64,000 bases of DNA from Planctomycetota bacterium (GTDB lineage: Bacteria > Planctomycetota > UBA8108 > SXIK01), in NCBI GenBank assembly GCA_965223265.1, contig OZ244999.1:4000001-4064000 (forward strand), read 5' to 3'. A model generated the notes under the pieces. That model saw only the letters and a list, made by a program, of their open reading frames with translations, did no database searches and was not told the origin of the DNA. This document shows positions 17,490-27,008 of this stretch, piece by piece (position 1 is the first letter of the stretch; every line of letters starts with the position of its first letter). A program made the position numbers and the translations under genes.

Positions 17490-19646
17490 TCACTCCGCCA
17501 GCCCAACGCGGCTACCCGGCACCGGCAGCGCTGCAAAGATGCCACCGCCGACCATGATGAACCAACCGAGGTAGATCAGCATCATGAGCGGATTGAGGTA
17601 GACGGTGAGCGAAAACCTGCCCTGACTCTCGCCGTTGAGATGGATGTAGATGTCACCGAGCAGCTGCCGCTCGATGCTCACTTCTTTGATCGACTCTTGC
17701 CTCTTCGGATAAAAGCGCACTTCGGGTCGCAAGATCGCGACCACGTCCTGCTCGCCCGAAGGCGTCTCTGCTGCGCCGTGCGCTTTCGGTAGCCCAGATT
17801 CGTCACCACCGCTGATGCGAAACGCCACTTCGGTCAACTCGTACGGCTGCCCCGGCTTAGGCGATTCGGTTTTGAGTTCGAAGGGAGTGAACGTGTACGG
17901 ACCGACTTGGGCTGACTCGTGAAGACCGAGGCTCAGATCCTTCTTCACCTGAAACATCGAGCTGATGATGATCCCGGCGGCCAAAACGGCCATGCCGACG
18001 TGCACCAGGTACCCACCCCAGCGCCGATTGTTCCGCACGACGATGTGAAAGCATGCGGACGCGAGGTCTTCGTGTCGCAGCCGCACACGCGCCCGCAAAG
18101 TGCGATAAAACTCAGCCCAAAGCGTCGCCAAGATGAAAAAGACAAGCCAAAGAAAGAGCCCGGTGGGATAGAGCGCCGTTGCGTGCTGCTCGGTCAACCG
18201 CGGTACCAGCACCTCGCTCCACGTTCCCAGCCGGTCGGTGAAATACCAGAGCGCGTAACACAAAAGGAGAAGCACAAACGACGCCAGCGCGGGTTTCAAA
18301 AAATTGCGTTTCAACGCCGCAGACGTGGTACGCACCCAGCCAAGGCCCGGCCCGATCGCCGTCAAAAAGAGAAGCAGGGCAAACAGCGGCGTCATGAGCA
18401 TGTTGTACTGCGCGGCGCCGAGCGTGCCTTTAGAGGCCAAGAAGTCATGCGTGATCTTGGTGAAGAACGAGAGGATCAGCACCACCGTCGCGATGACGAT
18501 CAGCACCATGTTGTTGAGGAGAAAGACGCTCTCGCGAGACAGCAACGAATCGATCGTGTTAGGGCTTGCTAGCTGGCGATGGCGGTAAAAAAGGAGGAAG
18601 AGACCAATGACCCCGAGCGCAAGCATGAAGAACTGAAACCAAAGGCCGATGTTTGATCCGGTCGTGAACGCGTGCACGCTGTCGACGACGCCGGAGCGCG
18701 TCATCCACGTCCCCCAGATCGTTAGGAAAAAAGTGAGCAGGATCAGAAACCCGTTCCAGGTCTTGAGCATGTCGCGTCGCTCTTGCACCATCACGGAGTG
18801 CAGAAACGCCGTGCCGGTACACCAAGGCAGGAATGAGGCATTCTCGACTGGGTCCCAAGCCCAGTAGCCACCCCAGCCGAGCTGGCGGTAGGCCCAAAGA
18901 CCTCCCAGGATGATCCCGGAGGTGAGAAACAGCCACGCGAACATGGTCCAGCGGCGTACCACACGCACCCAGTAGTCGCCGACCTCACCAGCGAGTAGCG
19001 CCGCGATGGCGAACGCGAACGGCACAGTGAAACCAATGAAGCCGATATAGAGGGACGGCGGGTGAATCACAAACCAGTAGTTCACGAGTTGCGGATTGAG
19101 CCCAGCTCCATCGAGCAAGTTGCCGGAAGCGTCGATGGCGTTTCTCTGCGACGCGGCAAGACGCACGCGCGTGTCGAGGTCCATGACGGAAAACGGATTC
19201 TCGTTCCAGCTGACGATGACAAAAAAGCCGAGGACGAAACTGAGCGCGACGTAGACGTACGGCTCGAGGCGCCGCCCCGTTGGATGCTGACTGCTCCAGC
19301 GATGCTGGAAACCAACGACCGCTGCGAAGATCGCCAGGATCATCGTCCAGAAGAGGAGTGAGCCGTCGAGACCGCCCCACAATCCGGCGACCTTGAAGAA
19401 GAACGGCAGATTCTTCTCGGAGTAGTTATAGATGTACTCGTTGTTGTATTCCCCGGCGACAAAACCGTAGACCAGGCAAGCAGCTGACGAAATGACCACC
19501 GCGGCGAGCACGTAGAGGCCGCTCCGAGCAGCGTGAACCAAGCGTCGCTCGCGGAAAAGGATGCCGCACAAGCTCAGGAGAAAGACGGCCCCAGTCAGGC
19601 ATCCGCCTACCAGCAGAAGAGCACGGCCAAACTCAAGCACGCCCAT
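17490..19646 (-). CDS. ccmF: heme lyase CcmF
   Basis: GSLLFW, GLNPQL...IHPP, WGGYWAWDPVENASFLPW, TRSGVVDSVHAF, YLVHVG. Confidence 0.96.
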   Translation of the reverse strand: MGVLEFGRALLLVGGCLTGAVFLLSLCGILFRERRLVHAARSGLYVLAAVVISSAACLVYGFVAGEYNNEYIYNYSEKNLPFFFKVAGLWGGLDGSLLFWTMILAIFAAVVGFQHRWSSQHPTGRRLEPYVYVALSFVLGFFVIVSWNENPFSVMDLDTRVRLAASQRNAIDASGNLLDGAGLNPQLVNYWFVIHPPSLYIGFIGFTVPFAFAIAALLAGEVGDYWVRVVRRWTMFAWLFLTSGIILGGLWAYRQLGWGGYWAWDPVENASFLPWCTGTAFLHSVMVQERRDMLKTWNGFLILLTFFLTIWGTWMTRSGVVDSVHAFTTGSNIGLWFQFFMLALGVIGLFLLFYRHRQLASPNTIDSLLSRESVFLLNNMVLIVIATVVLILSFFTKITHDFLASKGTLGAAQYNMLMTPLFALLLFLTAIGPGLGWVRTTSAALKRNFLKPALASFVLLLLCYALWYFTDRLGTWSEVLVPRLTEQHATALYPTGLFLWLVFFILATLWAEFYRTLRARVRLRHEDLASACFHIVVRNNRRWGGYLVHVGMAVLAAGIIISSMFQVKKDLSLGLHESAQVGPYTFTPFELKTESPKPGQPYELTEVAFRISGGDESGLPKAHGAAETPSGEQDVVAILRPEVRFYPKRQESIKEVSIERQLLGDIYIHLNGESQGRFSLTVYLNPLMMLIYLGWFIMVGGGIFAALPVPGSRVGLAE

Positions 19647-19807
19647 GGATCACTCCGAGCTAAAGAGTCCGTTCAAAAGTTATTCGAGCCGAAGAAGGTT
19701 CTTCCCTTCACGTCGGCAGCGGCAACACAGTGCGCTCTACACCGACGAGAACGGTAGCGAATCAAGCGCGTGCACGCAACCGCACTCGCGTGGACAATCT
19801 GCCGAAA

Positions 19808-20314
19808 TCAGTCGACGGGCGCTTTTGGAGTCACGGGAGGCAAGGGCAAAGCGTCAGCTGGTGCCGTAGCAGGCGGGGCAGATTCTGGCGCACCATACCC
19901 GCCAACTCGACCCGTGTCGTACTCCTTCGCCTCGGAAGACGCCTCATAGCGTGACGGACACTTCGTCGTCACGCGGTAGGCCGTGAACTCATTGGTTTTC
20001 GGGTCGTACGCGCCGCGCACGCTGACGGGAATCCCGACGCGAAAATTGTCGGGCATCACCTGAGGAGACACGACCGAGATCACTTGCGTCGGGTTTGACT
20101 CCGTGGCGATTTTGAAACGCAGCGGCGGCTCGGTGCTCTCGATTTCGACCACCTGGGCTCCGTCCGCTTGGACGTGGCGCTCAACCGTGCCCGGCTCGTA
20201 GTCGCCGCTGGTGAGTTGATCCACGGTCAACACCGGGATGCGAGCACCGAGCGCAACGCCGACCAGGACGCTGACAGCCACCACAAAAACCACTCCGACG
20301 ACAACGGGTTTCAT
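19808..20314 (-). CDS. ccmE: heme chaperone CcmE, CxxxY variant
   Basis: N-terminal TM, MPDNFRVG..VSVRG, FTAYRVTTKCPSRY. Confidence 0.85.
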   Translation of the reverse strand: MKPVVVGVVFVVAVSVLVGVALGARIPVLTVDQLTSGDYEPGTVERHVQADGAQVVEIESTEPPLRFKIATESNPTQVISVVSPQVMPDNFRVGIPVSVRGAYDPKTNEFTAYRVTTKCPSRYEASSEAKEYDTGRVGGYGAPESAPPATAPADALPLPPVTPKAPVD

Positions 20315-20652
20315 AGTCCGGGTTCCTCTGGCACGGGCATGCGGAGCTCGGCGCCGGCCGCGGCCGCCCCACGATGGGCGGCCCAAGCATGGCTCAGCGC
20401 CGTCGCCAAGTCCGTAACTCAAATCTGCCCTTTGTGTAGCGACATCTGCTGGGTCAGTTTACCCTTCCTCAGGCTCGCCTTCAACGGTCAGCGCACTAAG
20501 GCCTCCAGGCAGCGAAGAAAGTACCCCGAAATCGGGGCGGTTCGCAGGAGAAATCGGCAGAATCTCAGAGCTCTGATTTTGTCGTCGCAAATCCGCCTCG
20601 GCCGCGGTAGCTTTCCAAAAAGGGGCGCGGCGCGGCGGCGCCAACGCTCGAC

Positions 20653-20680
20653 TTGACAAACCGCCACAAAGTTCGACAAT
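20653..20680 (+). promoter_or_regulatory. putative sigma70 promoter for the ferredoxin
   Basis: TTGACA-16 bp-GACAAT, about 80 bp upstream of the ATG. Confidence 0.5.
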
Positions 20681-20758
20681 TACAGCCTTTCTGGGATTCC
20701 TCGCAAACGTTCAGGGCCGTTTTGAAGTCGATCGGTCCACATCCGGATATTCTTGAGC

Positions 20759-21085
20759 ATGCCGCAGACACAGCCCAAAACGAAAGCCGGCCGCCGCAAA
20801 AAGAAGCCCAAGGTGGTCGCCTACATCACAGAGAGTTGCACAGGGTGTGCCGGAGCGCCGGTATGCCAAAGTTACTGCCCGGTGGACGAGTGTATGGTGC
20901 TTGTCCAGAATCCCGGCGCGCCGACGTTCGGCGTCATCGAGGTCGACCCTCTCAAGTGCATCGGCTGCCGAAAGTGCACCACCAAAGGGCCGGCGGGAAC
21001 GTTTCTTGATGGCTGCCCATGGGACGCAATTGTGATGATGGACATCGCGGAATTCGAGGACAAGTACGGCGAGCTGCCTTACTAA
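20759..21085 (+). CDS. 2x[4Fe-4S] ferredoxin-like protein
   Basis: CTGC....CQSYCP and CIGCRKC...GCPWDAI. Confidence 0.85.
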   Translation: MPQTQPKTKAGRRKKKPKVVAYITESCTGCAGAPVCQSYCPVDECMVLVQNPGAPTFGVIEVDPLKCIGCRKCTTKGPAGTFLDGCPWDAIVMMDIAEFEDKYGELPY

Positions 21086-21129
21086 CGGGTGCCCCCACGC
21101 GTCAGCGTCGATGCTGGAGGCCCGGGCCG

Positions 21130-21158
21130 TTGACCCTGTTTCGTCGAAATGTTAAGAT
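21130..21158 (+). promoter_or_regulatory. putative sigma70 promoter for the TPR gene
   Basis: TTGACC-17 bp-TAAGAT with a TGn extended -10. Confidence 0.5.
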
Positions 21159-21313
21159 CGATGTTCCCATCTTCTGTTTTTACTGGACTTTGAGACCCGA
21201 CGACGCGGCCACTCGCGCGCTTCGCACGTGAGGATCGAGCCGTTTCGTTCGGAGTATTTGCTGCATGTCGTCATCGCCTGTTCAGCCGGCGATGTTCAGG
21301 AGGTTTTGGCGCC

Positions 21314-22741
21314 GTGAGTGCTTCGAAGGAATACTTTAAGAAGGCGGAACAGGCCGCAAAGAAGCAGAACTTTGAGTACGCGATCGAGCTCTACATGCAG
21401 GGCTTGATGATCGACCCGAAAGCGTCCGAACAGCGCCGACGCATGCATCAGGTCATGACGCTCGCGATTGAAGAGAAGGGCGGCAACCCGCAAGGCGGCA
21501 TGGGCGTGAAGCTGAAAGTGATGCCGCTCCTGGCGAACGCCAAGAAGCTCTCCCTGCAGAAGAAATGGGACGAAGCCATCATCGAGTTTGAGAAGGCCCT
21601 TCGGTTCCAGCCGCAGAACGTAGCGACGCTTTTCTCGCTCTCGCAAGCGCTGTCGACTAACGAATGCAGCGAGGGCGCCGTCACCATCCTCGAAGATGTC
21701 GTCGGCATCGAGAAAACCCACGTCGAAGCCTACCGCATGCTGGGAAAGCTGTGGGCAGAGAAGGACGACCCGGAAAAGGCGATCTCCTACTGGGAAAAGC
21801 TCAAACAGTACAAACCGGACGACAAAGAAGCCGGCAAAGCGATCCGCGACCTCTCAGCTGCGACGATGGTCCGCAAGGCCGAGGAGCGGAAGGCCCAAAC
21901 GGGGGACGAGTCCTTCAAGGCGATGCTGAAGGATGAGGACGAGTCGGCCGAGCTCGAGAAAAAAGCTAAGATCATCCGAACGGACGAGGATCGCATCGAG
22001 GCGATCAAGTTCAAGAAGGAAGAAATCAAAGCAGACATAAAGAACTCGAGGCTCTGGCGTGACCTCGGGAGTCTCTATCAAGACCTCAAGAAATGGGATC
22101 TAGCTGAGGCCGCTTACAAGAAGGCGATCGAAGTCAACCCGCACGACCTGTTCGCAGCTGAGAAAATCGGTAGCCTGACCGAAAACCGACTCGAACAACA
22201 GGTCGACGAGCTCCGTGCCAAGGTTTCCGCCTCTGAAAACGGTGGCGGCGAGCTCGCGAAGCAGCTTGAGGCCAAGGAGACCGAGTTCAAAGAGTTCAAG
22301 GTCGTCGAGTACGAGCGCCGCGTCAAAGCTCACCCGACCGACTACGAGCTCAAGATGCGCTATGGTCACGTACTGATGGACGTGGCGAAGTATGACGAAG
22401 CGATCCAGCAGTTTCAAAAAGCGGTCCAAGACCCTAAATTCAAGGTCCAGGGGCTCAACTGCAACGGCGCTTGCTTCCTCTACAAGGGTCTCTACGACCT
22501 GGCCGAAAACCAGTTCCAAAGGGCTCTCGAAGAGACCGCCGATCCCAACTCCGAAGTGGCGAAGGAAATCCGCTACAACCTCGGCACGGTGTTCGAAAAG
22601 AAGGCGGGGGCGACTTCCAGCCCGGACGACAAGAAGTTGCACGTCGAAAACGCGATCAAGTGGTTTCAGGAGATCATGGCCGTCGATATCGGCTACCGCG
22701 ACGTCTCGGCGCGCGTCTCCAACCTCATGAACGGCGGTTAA
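21314..22741 (+). CDS. tetratricopeptide repeat protein
   Basis: Repeated TPR patterns (AIELYMQGLMIDP, AIIEFEKALRFQP, AEAAYKKAIEVNP, AIQQFQKA, YRDVSARV). Confidence 0.88.
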   Translation: MSASKEYFKKAEQAAKKQNFEYAIELYMQGLMIDPKASEQRRRMHQVMTLAIEEKGGNPQGGMGVKLKVMPLLANAKKLSLQKKWDEAIIEFEKALRFQPQNVATLFSLSQALSTNECSEGAVTILEDVVGIEKTHVEAYRMLGKLWAEKDDPEKAISYWEKLKQYKPDDKEAGKAIRDLSAATMVRKAEERKAQTGDESFKAMLKDEDESAELEKKAKIIRTDEDRIEAIKFKKEEIKADIKNSRLWRDLGSLYQDLKKWDLAEAAYKKAIEVNPHDLFAAEKIGSLTENRLEQQVDELRAKVSASENGGGELAKQLEAKETEFKEFKVVEYERRVKAHPTDYELKMRYGHVLMDVAKYDEAIQQFQKAVQDPKFKVQGLNCNGACFLYKGLYDLAENQFQRALEETADPNSEVAKEIRYNLGTVFEKKAGATSSPDDKKLHVENAIKWFQEIMAVDIGYRDVSARVSNLMNGG

Positions 22742-22901
22742 CAGCCCGTTGAAAAAGTCATTCGGCCGAGGAAACTGGTCTCTTCACGCCCAGCTCGACC
22801 GCGTCAATACTCGAAAATCCCGAAGATTGCCTACGTTTGCCGCGGCCGATCTGGACGCGAAGAGACCAGTTTTCGGCTCGAAGCACTTTTTCAACGGGCT
22901 G
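22742..22901. mobile_element. miniature palindromic element (MITE/REP-like), family A, complete copy 1
   Basis: 17-bp perfect terminal inverted repeat CAGCCCGTTGAAAAAGT; about 65-bp imperfect arms; flanked by TTAA and TTAG; near-identical copy at 42265-42422. Confidence 0.85.
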
Positions 22902-23111
22902 TTAGTCGCCGCAGAGCCAGCTCGACTCCGCCCAGCGCAGCTCGCAGGCATTTTTGCCTTGTCATCTCAGGCGCCCAGAGTACGATCTGACACTTCGTCT
23001 CGGTAGCTAGCTAGCCCTGAAGACGCGTGGTACAGCAACGCCGCATCGAACCGGCATCTGGGCGCTGCAGACAACGCTGCCGAGCAGTTCGAGACTTAGT
23101 GCGAGGTGCTC

Positions 23112-23381
23112 ATGGCGCACAGTGCGCAAGCAAAGAAACGAATCCGTCAGAACGAGCAGCGGCGCCTGCGAAACCGCAGTCGCAGGAGCGAAATCCGCAG
23201 CTTGACGAAGCGTCTGTCCGCTTACGTCGAAGGAGGCGATCTCAAGGCAGCACAGGAACTGCTGCCGCGGCTCGTCTCGTCACTCGACAAGGCCGCGAAG
23301 ACCAATCTTCTGCACCGCAACAAGGTGTCGCGGGAGAAGTCGAAGGCGGCGGTTCTCGTCAACCGACTCCAATCGTCCTGA
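23112..23381 (+). CDS. rpsT: 30S ribosomal protein S20
   Basis: MAHSAQAKKRIRQNEQRRLRNRS...LDKAAK.NLLHRNK.SR.KS. Confidence 0.96.
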   Translation: MAHSAQAKKRIRQNEQRRLRNRSRRSEIRSLTKRLSAYVEGGDLKAAQELLPRLVSSLDKAAKTNLLHRNKVSREKSKAAVLVNRLQSS

Positions 23382-23488
23382 CGTCAACACAGCGACCTCG
23401 AGACAGCGACCTCGAGAAAAGACGTCGATAACGACGAGAGAGGAACGATCCAGCGGCCTGCGTGACGCAGAGCGCGTTCGGAGCGCTC

Positions 23489-23516
23489 TTGACATGCCTT
23501 GGAGCGGTTCCATAAT
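23489..23516 (+). promoter_or_regulatory. sigma70 promoter for tRNA-Phe
   Basis: TTGACA-16 bp-CATAAT followed by a GC-rich discriminator-like stretch. Confidence 0.65.
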
Positions 23517-23552
23517 GGCGGCGCAACGCCGCAGTTGCTGCCGATCCCCTGC

Positions 23553-23625
23553 GGGCGGATAGCTCAGTTGGTAGAGCACTAGACTGAAAATCTAGGTGTC
23601 GCCAGTTCAATTCTGGCTCCGCCCA
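23553..23625 (+). tRNA. tRNA-Phe (GAA)
   Basis: Acceptor stem GGGCGGA/TCCGCCC, D arm GCTCAGTTGGTAGAGC, anticodon arm CTAGA-CTGAAAA-TCTAG, T arm GCCAG-TTCAATT-CTGGC. CCA is not encoded (CCT follows). Confidence 0.97.
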
Positions 23626-23635
23626 CCTGAATCTG

Positions 23636-23677
23636 GGCCTCGTGAGCATCGAAGCGCTCGCGAGGCCTTCCTTTTTT
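23636..23677 (+). terminator. intrinsic terminator after tRNA-Phe
   Basis: GGCCTCGTGAGC...GCTCGCGAGGCC stem followed by TTCCTTTTTT. Confidence 0.7.
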
Positions 23678-24007
23678 CTCCGCCGCGCGGTGCGAGAGTG
23701 CACCGGAGTGCGCCGCCACGCGTTCTTTTGTTGTCCGCTACGATCGAAAGTGGGTCTGTGCTGGCGGCCCACGCGATGCGACAGGACCGATAAGTGGCCC
23801 GCCCTCTCGTCCCAACAGACGATACCCGCCGTCTGACACCTCTTCCGACACAGTAAGTAAGGTGATCCATGTCGGACAATTCGTTCGCACGGTGAACCTG
23901 CTGTCGGGCGCGCCTCACGGCACACGGCCGCAGCCGGGGGCCAGGGCTGGCCTCCCTGGCCCCTCTTCTTGCGTGGACCTCTTCTTCCGGGGTCGCCTCA
24001 CGCCGCT

Positions 24008-24652
24008 TCAGGACGCTTCGACGAGCAAACACTCCAGGCGCAGCGGGCCATGGACCCCTTGGACGATTCGCTGCGCGATGTCGGCGGTACGGCTCGGGCC
24101 CGTGACGACAACAAGGTTCGCAGGTAGAGCGGATCCCCGTGAAGCCCGAAGGACGTCGAGCAGGTCGAGGACGATGTCCGAGCGCCGCAGTATTCCAATG
24201 TGAACGGCTGGTGCGATCGAAAACTGACGCCATCGCCCGGCGCCAGAGACAACGACCAAGCTGCCGGTCTCGGCAATGCCAAAATCGCAGAGCGTGACAC
24301 CGCAGCCCGCCGCAAAGAGCTGTTCATCGTCGGGAGCACTCACACCCAGCCCCTGCAGCCCAGGGTATCGATCCATGCACGCCGGCTCGATCAACGCGTC
24401 GCCACACGTCCCAGCGCGCTCGCGGACGATCGTCGCGACTTCGGCGGAGGCGCAGGGCGTCACCGTCACCCCGGCGGCCACGGCGCGTTCCACGAAAAGA
24501 CTCACGGCGTCGGCGTCCGCCGGTAGCGTCCGGATGACCGCCTCGTCGAGGTGCGGTAGGTCATGCCCGCGGCGGGCTCGCGTTGCCGCAGCGACGCTCC
24601 GCCGCAGCTCTTCTGCGCTCTTACTTTCGCTCCGCTCGATTGGGTCGGCCAT
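24008..24652 (-). CDS. lutC: lactate utilization protein C (LUD domain, YkgG)
   Basis: GIAETGSLVV, HIGIL, VTGPSRTADI...GVHGP. Confidence 0.85.
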   Translation of the reverse strand: MADPIERSESKSAEELRRSVAAATRARRGHDLPHLDEAVIRTLPADADAVSLFVERAVAAGVTVTPCASAEVATIVRERAGTCGDALIEPACMDRYPGLQGLGVSAPDDEQLFAAGCGVTLCDFGIAETGSLVVVSGAGRWRQFSIAPAVHIGILRRSDIVLDLLDVLRASRGSALPANLVVVTGPSRTADIAQRIVQGVHGPLRLECLLVEAS

Positions 24653-26055
24653 CAGACGTTCTTCCTCCAGAGATCGCGAAACGACTCTCGTGCCGGCGCC
24701 TTGAAGTCGCGCTCGCCTGCAGTCCAAGCCCGCAGCGGCCCAACGCCGCGCCGAACCCAGCCGCGACGCGCCAGAAGACGGCAGCCGCGACGCAGCAGCC
24801 ACTGGGCGACTCGATAGCGGCGTGGGGAACGCAGCGCCCACAGTAGCGACTTCACAGCCAGACTTTTTCGGCGCTCGACGACACGGCGCGCGTGCGCCTC
24901 AACGCGCAGGTCGACGAGCAGTCGCGGGATATCGATCTTCACCGGGCAGGCTTCGAGGCAGGCACCGCACAGACTCGACGCCTCGGGCAAGTCGCGATGT
25001 TTTTCGAGCCCTTCGAGAAGCGGGGTGATCACCTTGCCGATCGGACCGGGGTAAACGCTCCCGTAGGCGTGTCCGCCGATTGAACGATACACCGGGCAGG
25101 CGTTAAGGCATGCGCCACAGCGAATACAGCGCAGCGCCTCACGGAACTTGGAGCTCAGGATGCGGCTCCGGCCGCGATCCATGATCACCACGTGCACCTC
25201 TTGCGGCCCATCCTCATCACCGGCGCGCCGCGGGCCCGAGACGACGTTGGTGTAAACAGTGATGGGCTGACCCGTGCCGCTCCTGCCCAGAAGCTTGACG
25301 AAGACGCTGAGGTCATCGAGGCGGGGTACCAGCTTCTCGATCCCCATGAGCGCCACGTGAACGCGCGGCCGCGTACTCGTGTAGCGCCCATTGCCTTCGT
25401 TCGTGACCAGCACGATGCTGCCGGTTTCCGCCACCGCGAAATTGACTCCCGTGATCCCAAGATCGCAGCGCCGAAAGAGAGGACGCAAGTGTTCGCGCGC
25501 GGCGCGTGTCAGCTGCTTCTCATCTTCGGTGTACGCGCCTCCAAGCCGCCGGTGCATGGCCGCAGCGACTTCAGGAACGCTCTTGTGAATAATTGGCAGC
25601 ACGATATGACTCGGGTGGTCATCTGCGATCTGAACGATGAACTCGCCAAGGTCGGTCTCGACAACTTCGAGTCCCGACTCTTCCAGCCAGCGATTGAGCT
25701 CTACCTCTTCGCTCGCCATGGACTTCCCCTTCGAGACCACCTTGCAGCCGCGGCTGGAGGCGATCTCGCGAACGATTTCGATCACGTCCGTCTGCGTCGC
25801 CGCCAGATGGATCTGCATCCCGTTCGCCGTCGCTTGCTGGATGAACTCTTGCAAGTAATCATCGAGCTGATCAAGGCAGTGATCCTTGATCGATGCGGCG
25901 AGGGAGCGTAGGCGCTCGACATCGGGTAACGAGGCCCACGCGGCACGACGCTTCGCGTCGACGGCCGCCGTCGCGTCGCGCACAAAGCCCTGTTGGTTGC
26001 GGTTCGCCAGAGCGGCGTCGACTCTGTCGCGAAACGATGGTGTCGGCAGGTTCAT
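24652..26055 (-). CDS. lutB: lactate utilization Fe-S protein B (YkgF)
   Basis: KGKSMASEE, ETDLGEFIVQ, PSHIVLP, CIRCGACLNACPVY, SSLCGACLEACPVKI. Confidence 0.93.
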   Translation of the reverse strand: MNLPTPSFRDRVDAALANRNQQGFVRDATAAVDAKRRAAWASLPDVERLRSLAASIKDHCLDQLDDYLQEFIQQATANGMQIHLAATQTDVIEIVREIASSRGCKVVSKGKSMASEEVELNRWLEESGLEVVETDLGEFIVQIADDHPSHIVLPIIHKSVPEVAAAMHRRLGGAYTEDEKQLTRAAREHLRPLFRRCDLGITGVNFAVAETGSIVLVTNEGNGRYTSTRPRVHVALMGIEKLVPRLDDLSVFVKLLGRSGTGQPITVYTNVVSGPRRAGDEDGPQEVHVVIMDRGRSRILSSKFREALRCIRCGACLNACPVYRSIGGHAYGSVYPGPIGKVITPLLEGLEKHRDLPEASSLCGACLEACPVKIDIPRLLVDLRVEAHARRVVERRKSLAVKSLLWALRSPRRYRVAQWLLRRGCRLLARRGWVRRGVGPLRAWTAGERDFKAPARESFRDLWRKNV

Positions 26056-26804
26056 GCGTTCGCCTCCGGCGGCAATTGCCAACCTTGAGCCTCGGCGACC
26101 AACTCCGCGATATGTCGCATGCGCACGTCGCGACGCTGACGGTGCAGCCCACCCCCAATATTCAACCCGCATCCTCCTTCGTTACAAATCAGTGTCGTCG
26201 CACCCGAGGCGACGATGCACGCGACCTTGTCCTCAAGCATTCGCGCACTGATTTCAGGATAGCTCGTCGCGAACGTACCGCCGAAACCACAACAAGAATC
26301 GGCGCGCTCGAGCGGCACGAATCCACCACCCAGTCGCGCCGCCTCCGCCTCGGCCTGCAGCGGACTCGTCAGGCCGCGCAAGTGGCACGGATAGTGAAAG
26401 GTGAACTTGTCCGTCAAGCGGACGCCAAGGTCTGCCCAATCGACTCCCAGGATCGAGGTGACGAACGATGAGAACTCGTGCGTCTTCGCAGCAAGCGCCT
26501 CGACTTTGCGGCACCGGTCGCTCCCACGCTCGAAGAGGTGAATCGCGTGAAGCTTCACCATGGCTGCGCAGCTGCCGCTCGGCGTCACCACATACTCAAA
26601 CTCGTCGAATAGATCTGCGAGCTGCACGACCAGATCGGCGGCTTCGCGATGGCACCCGCTGTTGTAGCCGGGTTGACCACAGCAGGTTTGCGCTTCCGGG
26701 AACACAACCTCGCAGCCCAGATGTTCCAACGTCCTGGCGACGGCTAGACCGACGCGTGGAAAGAAGTTGTCCGTCAGGCAAGTCACGAAAAGAGCGAGGC
26801 GCAC
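26052..26804 (-). CDS. lutA: lactate utilization protein A (CCG-domain Fe-S protein, YkgE)
   Basis: VRLALFVTCL, QTCCGQP, PSGSC, HYPCH, CCGFGGTF. Start is GTG 26804; 26867 is possible. Confidence 0.9.
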   Translation of the reverse strand: MRLALFVTCLTDNFFPRVGLAVARTLEHLGCEVVFPEAQTCCGQPGYNSGCHREAADLVVQLADLFDEFEYVVTPSGSCAAMVKLHAIHLFERGSDRCRKVEALAAKTHEFSSFVTSILGVDWADLGVRLTDKFTFHYPCHLRGLTSPLQAEAEAARLGGGFVPLERADSCCGFGGTFATSYPEISARMLEDKVACIVASGATTLICNEGGCGLNIGGGLHRQRRDVRMRHIAELVAEAQGWQLPPEANA

Positions 26805-27008
26805 GGAAGATTTCCCCGAAGTCGTTGAACGCGAAAATGCAGGAGCGTACTGACTGCGCCGGGTCACAATAATGGCTCAGCGCCTTGGTGTAAAACGTTC
26901 GCATGCCTTCACCCGGCCGAACGACTTGTCCATGCGCGTTGTTGAGCTTTTGGGTGGCTGCCATTATCCTTGCGAACTCTTCTGCTTGCACTTCCGGAGG
27001 TTGGCAGC

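Noticed and set aside
19664-19713. Possible fifth family A fragment between ccmE and ccmF
   Set aside because: GAGTCCGTTCAAAAGTTATTCGAGCCGAAG resembles the family A end and follows CTAA, but similarity is too degenerate to call without an alignment score.
23389-23416. 14-bp tandem duplication ACAGCGACCTCGAG after rpsT
   Set aside because: Only two units; most simply a slippage duplication.
23553-24008. tRNA-Phe as a genomic island attachment site
   Set aside because: No integrase and no duplicated tRNA 3' end seen; flanking genes are housekeeping or metabolic.
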